Source: Flavobacteriaceae bacterium (GTDB lineage: Bacteria; Bacteroidota; Bacteroidia; Flavobacteriales; Flavobacteriaceae). From it: a stretch of DNA of 64,000 nt. Below, in pieces: positions 1 to 9,384 of the stretch (within the stretch, counting starts at the first letter, position 1; every line of letters begins with the position of its first letter). The notes under the pieces are model-generated. The model saw only the letters and a program-made list of their open reading frames with translations. It ran no database searches and was not told the DNA's origin. A program made the position numbers and the translations under genes. The DNA is taken from positions 22,958 through 86,957 of the forward strand of contig CANGTL010000004.1 in the NCBI GenBank assembly GCA_947456815.1, given 5' to 3'.

Positions 1-188
1 AAAACTTCTAATGGATCCATAATCGAATATCTTTTATCAACTGCCGCATTCTCAAATATCTTCTTGACTTTTCGAATAAAACGCTCCTCCTGCCCGACCA
101 ACCAAGTATCTAAAAATAGAATTATTTCCTCGGTATTCCTAGAATACTTCGGCAATTGTGTGGCAACTGTTGTTATTTTGACATTCAT
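1..188 (-). CDS. Type III polyketide synthase (chalcone/stilbene synthase-like), N-terminal 62 codons, runs off the window edge
   Basis: Not in the ORF track. My translation from ATG 188 is MNVKITTVATQLPKYSRNTEEIILFLDTWLVGQEERFIRKVKKIFENAAVDKRYSIMDPLEV, with no stop to the edge. It resembles Flavobacteriaceae type III PKS N-termini and has an ATGA overlap with the methyltransferase stop. The catalytic Cys lies outside the window. Confidence 0.8.
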   Translation of the reverse strand, partial: MNVKITTVATQLPKYSRNTEEIILFLDTWLVGQEERFIRKVKKIFENAAVDKRYSIMDPLEV

Positions 189-898
189 AGTTTAGTAATA
201 ATCCATTGATACCGAAACGCCCATTTCCATTGAATTTCTGAATTTGAGTTCTGCAATTTCCTAGAAAAACGGATAAGTTCTTCTTTTTTAAATCCTCTTA
301 ATATTGAAGTCAATCCGTCTTTTCGGGACATCTCGTTTAACTTAAAAGCTACGGCTATCAGTTGAAACAATCGATAAGCAATTTTACTTCGATGTAAATC
401 ATTCACCACAATACCCAGCTTGGCATGTCTTTCTAAATTTTCAATAATCCGAATGATGTCATTGTCTTTGAAATGATGCAAAGTCAAGGTACAAAGCGCA
501 ATATCAAAATTAATATTCTCGAAATTTGTTTCAAAAATATCTTCTGAAAGGTACTCGATATTTGGATACTTGATTGAAGAATTAATTGCATAATTCACAG
601 TAAATGGATTGGCATCGGTTCCAATTAATTTAAAATTCAGTTTGTTTCTCTCGGCATAGTCCGCCAGGGTTCTGAGCATATCGCCATTTCCACAACCTAA
701 ATCGATGATTGTATTCATCTGTCCATTTGGTATCTTAGAAATCAAGTTCTTAACACCATTTAATGTCAACGTATTCCCTCCTAAAAGCTGATTTATTTGT
801 GCAATTTTGTCTAAAGCATCCAGTAATTGTGCTCCTTCAAGGGCAAAATCATCCATAATCTCTGGATCTGTTGTTCTATATTTTGTATTTAACTTCAT
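185..898 (-). CDS. Class I SAM-dependent methyltransferase (PKS-associated)
   Basis: SAM motif IIDLGCGNGD, plus FDIALCTLTLHHF. ATGA-coupled to both neighbours. Confidence 0.88.
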   Translation of the reverse strand: MKLNTKYRTTDPEIMDDFALEGAQLLDALDKIAQINQLLGGNTLTLNGVKNLISKIPNGQMNTIIDLGCGNGDMLRTLADYAERNKLNFKLIGTDANPFTVNYAINSSIKYPNIEYLSEDIFETNFENINFDIALCTLTLHHFKDNDIIRIIENLERHAKLGIVVNDLHRSKIAYRLFQLIAVAFKLNEMSRKDGLTSILRGFKKEELIRFSRKLQNSNSEIQWKWAFRYQWIITKL

Positions 899-2031
899 GA
901 TAACGGGACTTCGATTGCTTTACCGTGTGTGCTTTTAATTATTGCAGATAGCGCGAAGGGAAATGATGTTACAATTCGTAGAAGTAACTTGGAAAGTTTA
1001 GGTTTTTGCAATAATTTACCTAACCACCGACCGGCCGTGATTCTTTTTCTAAAATGCTGATTCCATTTTTGGATGTATTGATCTTCAATTACAGTTCTCG
1101 TTGTAGTCGTTTTTATAAAATAATCATCTATCAGTTCACTCGCAATTTTGGCACTGTGAATCGCCATAGCCATTCCGTTCCCGCACAGTGGATGAATTAG
1201 CCCCGCGCTGTCGCCAATCATAAGAATATGTTGTTCTACTGGTTTTTTCTTCTCAAATGAGATTTGACTGATTGTTAGCGGTTTTTCAAACATCGGAGTT
1301 GCTTTTTCCAGTATTTCTTTCAAAAAGGGATTTTTAGAAACCACATTTGCTTCATACATTTCGATGTTCTTATGTTTACTGAATGTCATATAATCTGCCA
1401 AATAACAAATATTCACGATGTTGTCCTCCACTTTTGAAACACCGCAATAGCCTCCTTTGAAATGATGTAAACCCACTAAATCATCAGGATAGTCAACTTT
1501 GTAATGCGCTTTAACGGCCAACCAAGGGGATTTCTTCTGCATGAAATCTCGTTCAAGTTTCATATCTAAATTGGATCGCTTTCCGAATGCACCTAGGACA
1601 AAATCGGATTTTATAACTTGAGTATTTGCAAGCAGCACTGAAAAAATGTCTTCCTCAAAGTTGATTGCAGTGACCGTTTCATGAATTATAGCGCAACGAT
1701 TTTCAATTGCTTTTTGGTATAGATACAAATCCAAATTATGTCGACTTACCCCAAATCCACCCAATGGTAGCTTTGTTTGTATTGAAGTTCCATTCTCAGT
1801 AGAAAAATGCAGCGTATCTATTTTTGCAGGTTTCAATACACTCGGGTTTACGCCCAACCAATTCAAATAAGGAAGTACTTCATTCGAAACATATTCGCCG
1901 CAAACTTTGTGCTTCGGGTAACTGTTTTTCTCAATCAAAGTAACCAAATAGCCAATTTTTGACAGATGAATTGCGGCGGTAAGACCAGCCAGTCCACCAC
2001 CAACAATTACGATTGTGCTCGAAGTTTCCAT
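895..2031 (-). CDS. FAD-dependent oxidoreductase/hydroxylase (geranylgeranyl reductase-like)
   Basis: IVGGGLAG dinucleotide motif, HKVCGEY and IGDSAGLIHPLCGNGM second FAD motif. Confidence 0.88.
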   Translation of the reverse strand: METSSTIVIVGGGLAGLTAAIHLSKIGYLVTLIEKNSYPKHKVCGEYVSNEVLPYLNWLGVNPSVLKPAKIDTLHFSTENGTSIQTKLPLGGFGVSRHNLDLYLYQKAIENRCAIIHETVTAINFEEDIFSVLLANTQVIKSDFVLGAFGKRSNLDMKLERDFMQKKSPWLAVKAHYKVDYPDDLVGLHHFKGGYCGVSKVEDNIVNICYLADYMTFSKHKNIEMYEANVVSKNPFLKEILEKATPMFEKPLTISQISFEKKKPVEQHILMIGDSAGLIHPLCGNGMAMAIHSAKIASELIDDYFIKTTTTRTVIEDQYIQKWNQHFRKRITAGRWLGKLLQKPKLSKLLLRIVTSFPFALSAIIKSTHGKAIEVPLS

Positions 2032-2120
2032 AGGAAAGTAAATCTATAAAAATTATAACGAGTTGAACGATTTAACGTGTTATAAAATTCATAAAAGAAA
2101 CTCGAATAAGAAAGGAGGTA

Positions 2121-2591
2121 TTAGTTCTTATTAACCATTTTCTTGATTAGCGAAATTTGTCCCAGGTGATAGTAGCTGTGTTCGATTACGCCTTCAATAT
2201 TACGCAAATAGCTACCATATTTTTCGTCAACAAATGGTTGATCTAGTGTATTGTCGTCCATTTGTTCGACATGTTTAACAAATCGCTCTGAATTACTTAG
2301 AAAATCATTGACCAGTTTTATCCAATCGGCTTCGGTTTCAATTTCAGGTAAATCAAAACTGTACTTGTCTCGAATATCAAGAGTTCCACCGTCAAAAACA
2401 TTTAAGATACCCGCCAAATAATAATTGATGTGAAAGGTCAATAATGCAATGGTATTCAGGTTTTCGACTTTTTGAATGGCTTGTTTCCAACTGACACTTT
2501 CTATTTGTTCTTTAAAGTTGGTGTTTGCGATCCACTTTCCATCTAGAAGTACTTCTCGCAATCTGTTGGCGATGGCTACTGTTCTTGTCAT
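2121..2591 (-). CDS. DinB/DUF1572-family four-helix protein
   Basis: Conserved His pattern (TFHINYY ... IEHSYYHLGQI) typical of the DinB superfamily. Confidence 0.7.
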   Translation of the reverse strand: MTRTVAIANRLREVLLDGKWIANTNFKEQIESVSWKQAIQKVENLNTIALLTFHINYYLAGILNVFDGGTLDIRDKYSFDLPEIETEADWIKLVNDFLSNSERFVKHVEQMDDNTLDQPFVDEKYGSYLRNIEGVIEHSYYHLGQISLIKKMVNKN

Positions 2592-2631
2592 GATCGTTTA
2601 GTTTTTATTGTAGTCCAATTATGATGATCAA

Positions 2632-4539
2632 TTATAATTTTCCTTCTTTAATTTCATCCACAATTTCAGGATTTAAAAGCGTGGTAATATCACCAAAATT
2701 AGAAAAGTCACCCTCTGCAATTTTTCGCAGAATACGTCGCATTATTTTTCCAGATCGTGTTTTTGGCAATCCAGAGACAAATTGAATTTTATCTAATTTG
2801 GCAATTGGTCCAATTTGATCAGAAATCAATTGATTGATTTCAATGGACAAGTTTTTCCGATCTCTGCTTTCACCAATCTCTTTTAAAATAATATAACCAT
2901 ACAATGCATTTCCTTTGACATCATGCGGAAATCCAACAATCGCACTTTCTGCTACAGCTGGATGTTCATTGATGGCATCTTCTATCGGAGCGGTTCCTAA
3001 ATTATGTCCAGAAACAATAACAATATCGTCTACGCGTCCCGTAATTCTGTAATAACCAACTTCATCTCGTAAGGCACCATCACCTGTAAAATATTTTCCT
3101 GGAAAGGTTGAAAAATACGTGTCTATATACCGTTGGTGATCTCCCCAAATGGTTCGAGCAATTGATGGCCACGGAAATTTTATACATAAATTTCCTTCGA
3201 CTTGATTGCCTTCAATTTCATTGCGTTTTTCGTCCATGAGAACCGGTTGAATTCCAGGTAAGGGTAAAGAGGCATACGTTGGTTTTGTTGGGGTGACGAA
3301 AGCAATCGGCGATATTAAAATTCCGCCTGTTTCTGTTTGCCACCAAGTATCAACTAGTGGACAGCGTTTTCCACCAACGTGATCATTATACCAGTGCCAA
3401 GCTTCTTCATTGATGGGCTCACCAACTGAACCAATGACTTTGAGTGATTTCAACGGAAAGCGTTGCACATAATCTAAACTTTCCTTGGCCAACGCCCGTA
3501 TAGCCGTTGGTGCAGTATAGAATTGCGTGATTTTATGTTTTTCGATTACTTCCCAAAATCGACTGAAATCTGGATAGGACGGCACACCTTCAAACATAAC
3601 TGTTGTAGCGCCATTTAAAAGCGGTCCATACAGAATATAGGAATGACCGGTAATCCAACCGATGTCGGCAGTGCACCAAAAAATATCGTTTTCTTCGTAA
3701 TTGAATACATTTTTGAAAGTGTAAGCAGTGTAAACCATATAACCAGCAGTCGTATGCACCATTCCTTTCGGTTTTCCTGTAGAACCAGAAGTGTATAATA
3801 TAAATAATGGATCTTCGGCATCCATGATTTCAGCGACATTGTTATCAGACGCTTTGTCCAAAAGTGGTTGAAGCCATTGGTCTCGTCCTACTTTCATATT
3901 GACGTTCGTATTTGTTCTTTTCGCTACCAAAACGGTTTCGATGCACGGACATTTTTCTAGCGCTTCGTCAATAATTCCTTTTAAGTCTATGGATTTGTTA
4001 CCGCGATATCCGCCATCAGAAGTAATTACCATCTTGCATTCACTATCATTAATTCTCGATGCGACAGCACTTGCTGAAAAGCCTGCAAATACAACGGAAT
4101 GAATAGCACCAATTCGAGCACAAGCCAAGACTGACACTGCCAATTCAGGAATCATCGGTAGATATATACAAACACGATCTCCTTTTTGGATTCCTTGCTC
4201 CCTCAACACATTTGCCATTTTGCAAACGCGCTCATGCAATTCGTTATAACTAATATGAATTGCATTTTCGTTCGGGTCATTGGGTTCGAAAATAATTGCT
4301 GTTTTGTTGCCACGTCGCGCTAAGTGACGATCGATGCAATTCTTGACGATGTTTACTTTCGCGTCGGTAAACCATTTTATCTCCGCTTCCGCCATATTAA
4401 ACTCCATCACTTTGTCCCACAATTGGTACCAGACGAAGTTCTCTTCCGCTATTTTCCCCCAAAATTTACGAGGCTCGCGAATGGATTTGTTGTAGTTTTT
4501 GAAGTACTGTTCTAGAGAGCTGATTTTATAGTAACTCAT
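2632..4539 (-). CDS. acs: Acetyl-CoA synthetase (acetate-CoA ligase)
   Basis: YTSGSTGKPKG AMP-binding motif, DTWWQTETGG, and LPKTRSGKIMRRILRK with the acetylatable Lys. Confidence 0.97.
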   Translation of the reverse strand: MSYYKISSLEQYFKNYNKSIREPRKFWGKIAEENFVWYQLWDKVMEFNMAEAEIKWFTDAKVNIVKNCIDRHLARRGNKTAIIFEPNDPNENAIHISYNELHERVCKMANVLREQGIQKGDRVCIYLPMIPELAVSVLACARIGAIHSVVFAGFSASAVASRINDSECKMVITSDGGYRGNKSIDLKGIIDEALEKCPCIETVLVAKRTNTNVNMKVGRDQWLQPLLDKASDNNVAEIMDAEDPLFILYTSGSTGKPKGMVHTTAGYMVYTAYTFKNVFNYEENDIFWCTADIGWITGHSYILYGPLLNGATTVMFEGVPSYPDFSRFWEVIEKHKITQFYTAPTAIRALAKESLDYVQRFPLKSLKVIGSVGEPINEEAWHWYNDHVGGKRCPLVDTWWQTETGGILISPIAFVTPTKPTYASLPLPGIQPVLMDEKRNEIEGNQVEGNLCIKFPWPSIARTIWGDHQRYIDTYFSTFPGKYFTGDGALRDEVGYYRITGRVDDIVIVSGHNLGTAPIEDAINEHPAVAESAIVGFPHDVKGNALYGYIILKEIGESRDRKNLSIEINQLISDQIGPIAKLDKIQFVSGLPKTRSGKIMRRILRKIAEGDFSNFGDITTLLNPEIVDEIKEGKL

Positions 4540-4580
4540 TGTTTCTAAAAATGAAAGATTTTAATGCCTTTTTCGTGATC

Positions 4581-4805
4581 TCATTTAGAATTGTCATACT
4601 CCCCCATTAAGGCATAATAGCCAAAAGTTCCCAAACCCGTAACGATTAATGGCGTTAAGATAAACAGGATTATGATTCCAAATACCAAATCATCTTGTTT
4701 GCCAGAAAGTAATTTTGGCAATCCGAACTCAAAGATACAAAAGTATCCAGCAGCTATTGCAAGGCCAATCCAAATCATTCCTAAAACTCTTTTTAACTGT
4801 TTCAT
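4581..4805 (-). CDS. Small two-TM membrane protein (DUF6814-like)
   Basis: 74 aa with two hydrophobic helices, packed between MFS and acs genes on the same strand. Confidence 0.7.
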   Translation of the reverse strand: MKQLKRVLGMIWIGLAIAAGYFCIFEFGLPKLLSGKQDDLVFGIIILFILTPLIVTGLGTFGYYALMGEYDNSK

Positions 4806-4815
4806 AATCTACTGA

Positions 4816-6351
4816 TTAGATATGTTTATTTTTATTATTATTTTGAATATAAATCATCCCTATTAGAAAGCAAACTGACGCAATCACAATAGGATACCAC
4901 AATCCTTCTAAATAAAATTCAGGATCACCATCATCTTTCGCATGGGTTACAAAGTACGTTGAAATCGCCGGTAGCAGTCCACCAAAAATTCCGTTTCCTA
5001 CGTGATAAGGCAATGACATTGAGGTATAACGAATTTTTGCGGGAAACATTTCGACTAAAAATGCCGCGATTGGACCATAAACCATCGTCACAAAAATCAC
5101 TTGAATAAAAATTAAGAATATCAACATCCATTGATCATTTGTATTGATATTGATTGTGGTTTTAGTTTCTAATTTAGGTTTTCCATCAACCATAAGTGCT
5201 TTTCCATTTTCAAGACTAACCGTCTTAATTTGAACCATTGTGGTGCCGTCGCTATAGGATTTATTTGTTGTATAAACGGAATCCAAGACCTGGTTTTTAT
5301 TTTCCTTCAATTCAGCAATAATTGTTGACTTTCCAACAAGTTCAGTTTTATTTTCAACATTAGTGGTCGAATACATGCTCTTGTATATAGGGCGATACAG
5401 TACGATAGCCAAAAACATTCCGCCCATCATGATATATTTTCGTCCTATCTTATCACTCAACCAACCAAAAACGATGAAGAATGGTGTTCCTAAAATGAGT
5501 GCGATTCCAAGTAATGTGTCTACTTGAGAAGACTCAATATTCATTACCGTTTTCATAAAATTCATGGCGTAAAACTGCCCCGTATACCAAACAACGCCTT
5601 GTCCCATCGTGGCGCCAAACAAAGCGAGCAGTACAAATTTCAAATTGTATTTGTTTCCGAAACTCTCCTTAATTGGATTGGTACTGGTTTTTCCTTCCGA
5701 TTTCGCTTTGGCAAACACTGGAGATTCCGCCATGTTGGTTCTAATTAAGTACGATACAAATACCATAATGATCGAAACCCAAAATGGAACGCGCCAACCC
5801 CAGTTATCAAATTGTTCTGGCGTTAATACGTTTTTGGTTGCAAGAATGACCATTAATGAAATAAACAAACCAACGGTTGCAGTGGTTTGAATCCACGAGG
5901 TCCAATAACCACGCTGTCCAACTGGCGCATGTTCTGCTACGTAAGTTGCAGCTCCGCCATATTCCCCGCCCAGCGCTAATCCTTGCAAAAGACGCAAAAT
6001 CAGAACTAGCAGCGGTGCTAAAAAACCAATGGTTTCATAACTCGGAATGCATCCAATCAGAAATGTGGCGCCACCCATTAGCAGTAGCGTGACCATAAAA
6101 GTGTATTTCCTGCCAATTAAGTCACCTAGTCTTCCGAAGAAAAGTGCGCCAAAAGGCCGAACGACAAAGCCTGCAGCAAAGGTTGCTAGGGTTGATAAGA
6201 ATGCAGCTGTAGGATTATCAGAGGGAAAAAATTTAGTAGAAATGACGACAGCTAAACTTCCAAAAATGTAAAAGTCATACCATTCAATCATAGTTCCCAT
6301 CGACGAGGCAGAGATCACTTTCCAAATTCCTTTGGTGCTTTTATTTGTCAT
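4816..6351 (-). CDS. MFS transporter, metabolite:H+ symporter (MHS) family
   Basis: GTMIEWYDF, RPFGALFFGRLGDLIGRK, GGEYGGA and EMFPAKIRYT motifs. Confidence 0.93.
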   Translation of the reverse strand: MTNKSTKGIWKVISASSMGTMIEWYDFYIFGSLAVVISTKFFPSDNPTAAFLSTLATFAAGFVVRPFGALFFGRLGDLIGRKYTFMVTLLLMGGATFLIGCIPSYETIGFLAPLLVLILRLLQGLALGGEYGGAATYVAEHAPVGQRGYWTSWIQTTATVGLFISLMVILATKNVLTPEQFDNWGWRVPFWVSIIMVFVSYLIRTNMAESPVFAKAKSEGKTSTNPIKESFGNKYNLKFVLLALFGATMGQGVVWYTGQFYAMNFMKTVMNIESSQVDTLLGIALILGTPFFIVFGWLSDKIGRKYIMMGGMFLAIVLYRPIYKSMYSTTNVENKTELVGKSTIIAELKENKNQVLDSVYTTNKSYSDGTTMVQIKTVSLENGKALMVDGKPKLETKTTININTNDQWMLIFLIFIQVIFVTMVYGPIAAFLVEMFPAKIRYTSMSLPYHVGNGIFGGLLPAISTYFVTHAKDDGDPEFYLEGLWYPIVIASVCFLIGMIYIQNNNKNKHI

Positions 6352-6476
6352 AGATAGATGTATTTCAGTCGAAAAATAGTAATTATTTACTGAGTTTTGT
6401 CGTTTTGAGAATTATTTCGATGAGTCTATCATTTTAATCGATAATTTCACTTATTTTGTATAAATTAATTTGAAAA

Positions 6477-7082
6477 ATGCAATACGACCCACAAGAATTA
6501 GAACAAAAAGCCATTTATAAATTATTATCCGGAATTGTAATTCCACGACCAATTGGTTGGGTTTCTAGTATCAGCGAAGAAGGACTTGTTAACTTGGCGC
6601 CATTTTCGTTTTTTAATGCCGTTGGCGACGACCCGCCCCATGTGATGTTTTCCGTTGGACGAAATATCAACTCAAATCAAGACACTGTTCAGAATGTACT
6701 GACAACAAAGCAATTTGTGGTCAATATGGTGACTGAAGAATTAGTTGAACAAATGAATATGACGGCACAAGCAATTCCATCACACGAAAGCGAATTTGAA
6801 TTTGCCAATCTTACCCCAATCGCATCGCATAAAGTGAAACCGCCAAGAGTAAAAGAAAGCCCGATTAACATGGAGTGCGAGTTGGTACATCATTACACTT
6901 TGGAAAATAGTAAATTTGGAGGTTCAACAATTTTAGTTGGTAGAATCGTTTTGTTTCATATTGATGAGCAAATGCTACTTCCTGATTTCAAAATCAATCA
7001 AGATAACTATCAACCTATATCCAGATTGGCTGGATCTAATTATGCTAAGATTGGGGAAATATTCTCAGTAAAAAGAAATTAA
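6477..7082 (+). CDS. Flavin reductase-like FMN-binding protein (DIM6/NTAB family)
   Basis: IPRPIGWVSS, NLAPFSFFN, PPRVKESPINMEC and ISRLAG motifs. Confidence 0.9.
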   Translation: MQYDPQELEQKAIYKLLSGIVIPRPIGWVSSISEEGLVNLAPFSFFNAVGDDPPHVMFSVGRNINSNQDTVQNVLTTKQFVVNMVTEELVEQMNMTAQAIPSHESEFEFANLTPIASHKVKPPRVKESPINMECELVHHYTLENSKFGGSTILVGRIVLFHIDEQMLLPDFKINQDNYQPISRLAGSNYAKIGEIFSVKRN

Positions 7083-7083
7083 T

Positions 7084-9384
7084 ATGAAAATATCAGTAAT
7101 CGGTGGAGGTCCAGGCGGTTTGTACTTTTCAATTCTATTGAAAAAAGCCATTCCAACTTGCGAAATAGATATCTATGAACGCAACAAGGCTGATGACAGT
7201 TTTGGCTTTGGTGTTGTGTTTTCAGATGAAACTTTAAGTGAATTTCTTTCTCGTGACCCCAAATCCTATGAATTAATTCGCAGCAAATTTGCCTATTGGG
7301 ATGATTTGGATGTCGCACGAGATGGTGAAGTCGTTCGTATTTCCGGCAATGGATTTTGCGGTTGTTCTCGTAAAACTTTATTGCAATTGTTGCAACAGCG
7401 ATGTGTTGAAGAAGGCGTCAATCTTCATTTCGAAACCAATATTGAAGACATCAAACAATTCAAAGACTCCGACTACATTATTGCTTGTGATGGCATAAAC
7501 AGCCCAATTCGAGATCAAAATGCTGCAGCCTTCGGCACGAAAGTGTCGCTTCAAAAAAACAAATTTGTTTGGCTGGGTTCTACTAGACCGTTGGATGCCT
7601 TTACGTATTTTTTCAAGAATACGATTCACGGCGCTTTCGTCGCCCACACCTACCAATATGAAGAAGGTATGAGTACATGGATTTTCGAATGTTCTGAAAA
7701 CACATGGACCAACGCGGATTTTGAAACGACAGATGAGAAAGACACAATCAAGAAATTATCCGAGCTTTTCGCTGAAGAATTAGATGGTCATCCATTGATT
7801 TCAAATAAATCTCATTGGCGTCAATTTCCACACGTTACCAACGAAAAATGGTATAAAGACAATATTGTGCTTTTAGGTGATGCCAAAGCCACCGCCCACT
7901 ACTCTATCGGTTCAGGAACTAAACTAGCGATGGAATGTGCCATTGGCTTAGCCGATTCGATCATCGAATTTAAAACCAACAAAGCGAAAGTTTTTGCTCA
8001 ATATGAAAAATTGCGCAGAAATCGTGTTGAAATGATACAGCATGCGGCAAACGTCTCTCTCGATTGGTTCGAAAATATGGATAGACATATTCATCATGAT
8101 TTTATGCAGTTTGCCTTTGGTGTTATGACGCGATCTAAAAAAGTTACGTATGAAAATTTAGCCCTGCGAGATGCTTCGTTTACGGACAAAGTATTAACAG
8201 AATTCAATTGCAGTATAGGAAATTTTAAAGTCAAAACGCCCGCTGCCTTTACGCCATTTGCACTAAGAGATATGCGTTTGATTAATCGAATTGTGATGTC
8301 GCCAATGGGTCAATATGCCGCTGAAAACGGATTGGTTTCCAATTGGCATTTGGTGCATTATGGTGCACGAGCAACGGGTGGCGTTGGATTGATTTTGACG
8401 GAAATGACCGCGGTGTCAAATACAGGCCGAATCACTTTAGGTTGCGCCGGAATTTGGTCTGAAGAACAAGCATTTAAATGGAAAAAAGTTGTGAATTATG
8501 TTCATAAATATAGCAAGTCTAAGATCGGAATTCAATTAGGGCATTCAGGAAGAAAAGGTTCAATTAATGTGCCTTCCGTGGGTAAAGATATTCCGCTTGC
8601 GAAACGTGGTTGGGATTTGATGTCTGCTTCACCAATTCCATTCAATGCAGCGATGGCAACGCCAAAAGCAATGACACTTACCGACATGGATCAAGTGATT
8701 TCCGAGTTTGTAAATGCAACGATTAATGCCGATGAACTGGGTTTTGATATGATTGAATTACAAGCGCATCATGGATTCTTACTAGCCTCTTTCCTGTCTC
8801 CATTGACAAATATTAGAACTGATGAATTTGGGGGCAGTATTCAAAACAGAATGAAGTTTCCATTGGAGGTTTTTAAAGCAATGCGTGAAGTTTTTACTGA
8901 AACCAAGCCAATGTCGGTGCGTATCTCAGCATCGGATTGGGTCGAAGACGGTATTTCAGAAGATGATGTGATTTACATCTGCAATGCTTTTAAAGAAGCT
9001 GGTGCGGATATCATCAATGTATCGACCGGAAATACAGTCGAAAATCAACAGCCACAAGTAGGTCGAATGTGGCAAACGCCATTCTCTGATTTGGTTCGAA
9101 ATACCTTACATATTCCGACAATAACAACAGGTTACATTCAAAATATAGATCAAATTAATACTATAATATTGAATGGTAGAGCGGACTTAGTAGCATTAGG
9201 TCGACCGTTATTACTGGATCCAAGTTTCGTGCGTCATGCCGAAGCTTATGAACAGTTTCAACCGGCAGATATTCCAAATCAATATGTGGCTGGTGTGTCG
9301 CATCTTTTTCCATATGAGGCGTCCGAAAGAAAAGCTGTTGAAGGCATGAAGAAAGCATTAAAACCAGAAAGTCATAAATCCTAA
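7084..9384 (+). CDS. Bifunctional aryl-CoA monooxygenase/OYE-like reductase (2-aminobenzoyl-CoA monooxygenase AbmA / salicylyl-CoA 5-hydroxylase SdgC family)
   Basis: N-terminal FAD monooxygenase (IGGGPGG, ACDGINS, LLGDAKATAHYSIGSGTKLAME) fused to an old-yellow-enzyme TIM barrel (NRIVMSPMGQY, SPLTNIRTDEFGGS, ADLVALGRPLL). Confidence 0.9.
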   Translation: MKISVIGGGPGGLYFSILLKKAIPTCEIDIYERNKADDSFGFGVVFSDETLSEFLSRDPKSYELIRSKFAYWDDLDVARDGEVVRISGNGFCGCSRKTLLQLLQQRCVEEGVNLHFETNIEDIKQFKDSDYIIACDGINSPIRDQNAAAFGTKVSLQKNKFVWLGSTRPLDAFTYFFKNTIHGAFVAHTYQYEEGMSTWIFECSENTWTNADFETTDEKDTIKKLSELFAEELDGHPLISNKSHWRQFPHVTNEKWYKDNIVLLGDAKATAHYSIGSGTKLAMECAIGLADSIIEFKTNKAKVFAQYEKLRRNRVEMIQHAANVSLDWFENMDRHIHHDFMQFAFGVMTRSKKVTYENLALRDASFTDKVLTEFNCSIGNFKVKTPAAFTPFALRDMRLINRIVMSPMGQYAAENGLVSNWHLVHYGARATGGVGLILTEMTAVSNTGRITLGCAGIWSEEQAFKWKKVVNYVHKYSKSKIGIQLGHSGRKGSINVPSVGKDIPLAKRGWDLMSASPIPFNAAMATPKAMTLTDMDQVISEFVNATINADELGFDMIELQAHHGFLLASFLSPLTNIRTDEFGGSIQNRMKFPLEVFKAMREVFTETKPMSVRISASDWVEDGISEDDVIYICNAFKEAGADIINVSTGNTVENQQPQVGRMWQTPFSDLVRNTLHIPTITTGYIQNIDQINTIILNGRADLVALGRPLLLDPSFVRHAEAYEQFQPADIPNQYVAGVSHLFPYEASERKAVEGMKKALKPESHKS

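Noticed and set aside
2052-2084. Weak TTATAAC...GTTATAA inverted repeat between the FAD oxidoreductase and DinB genes
   Set aside because: The 7-bp AT-rich arms with a long spacer are expected by chance at this base composition.
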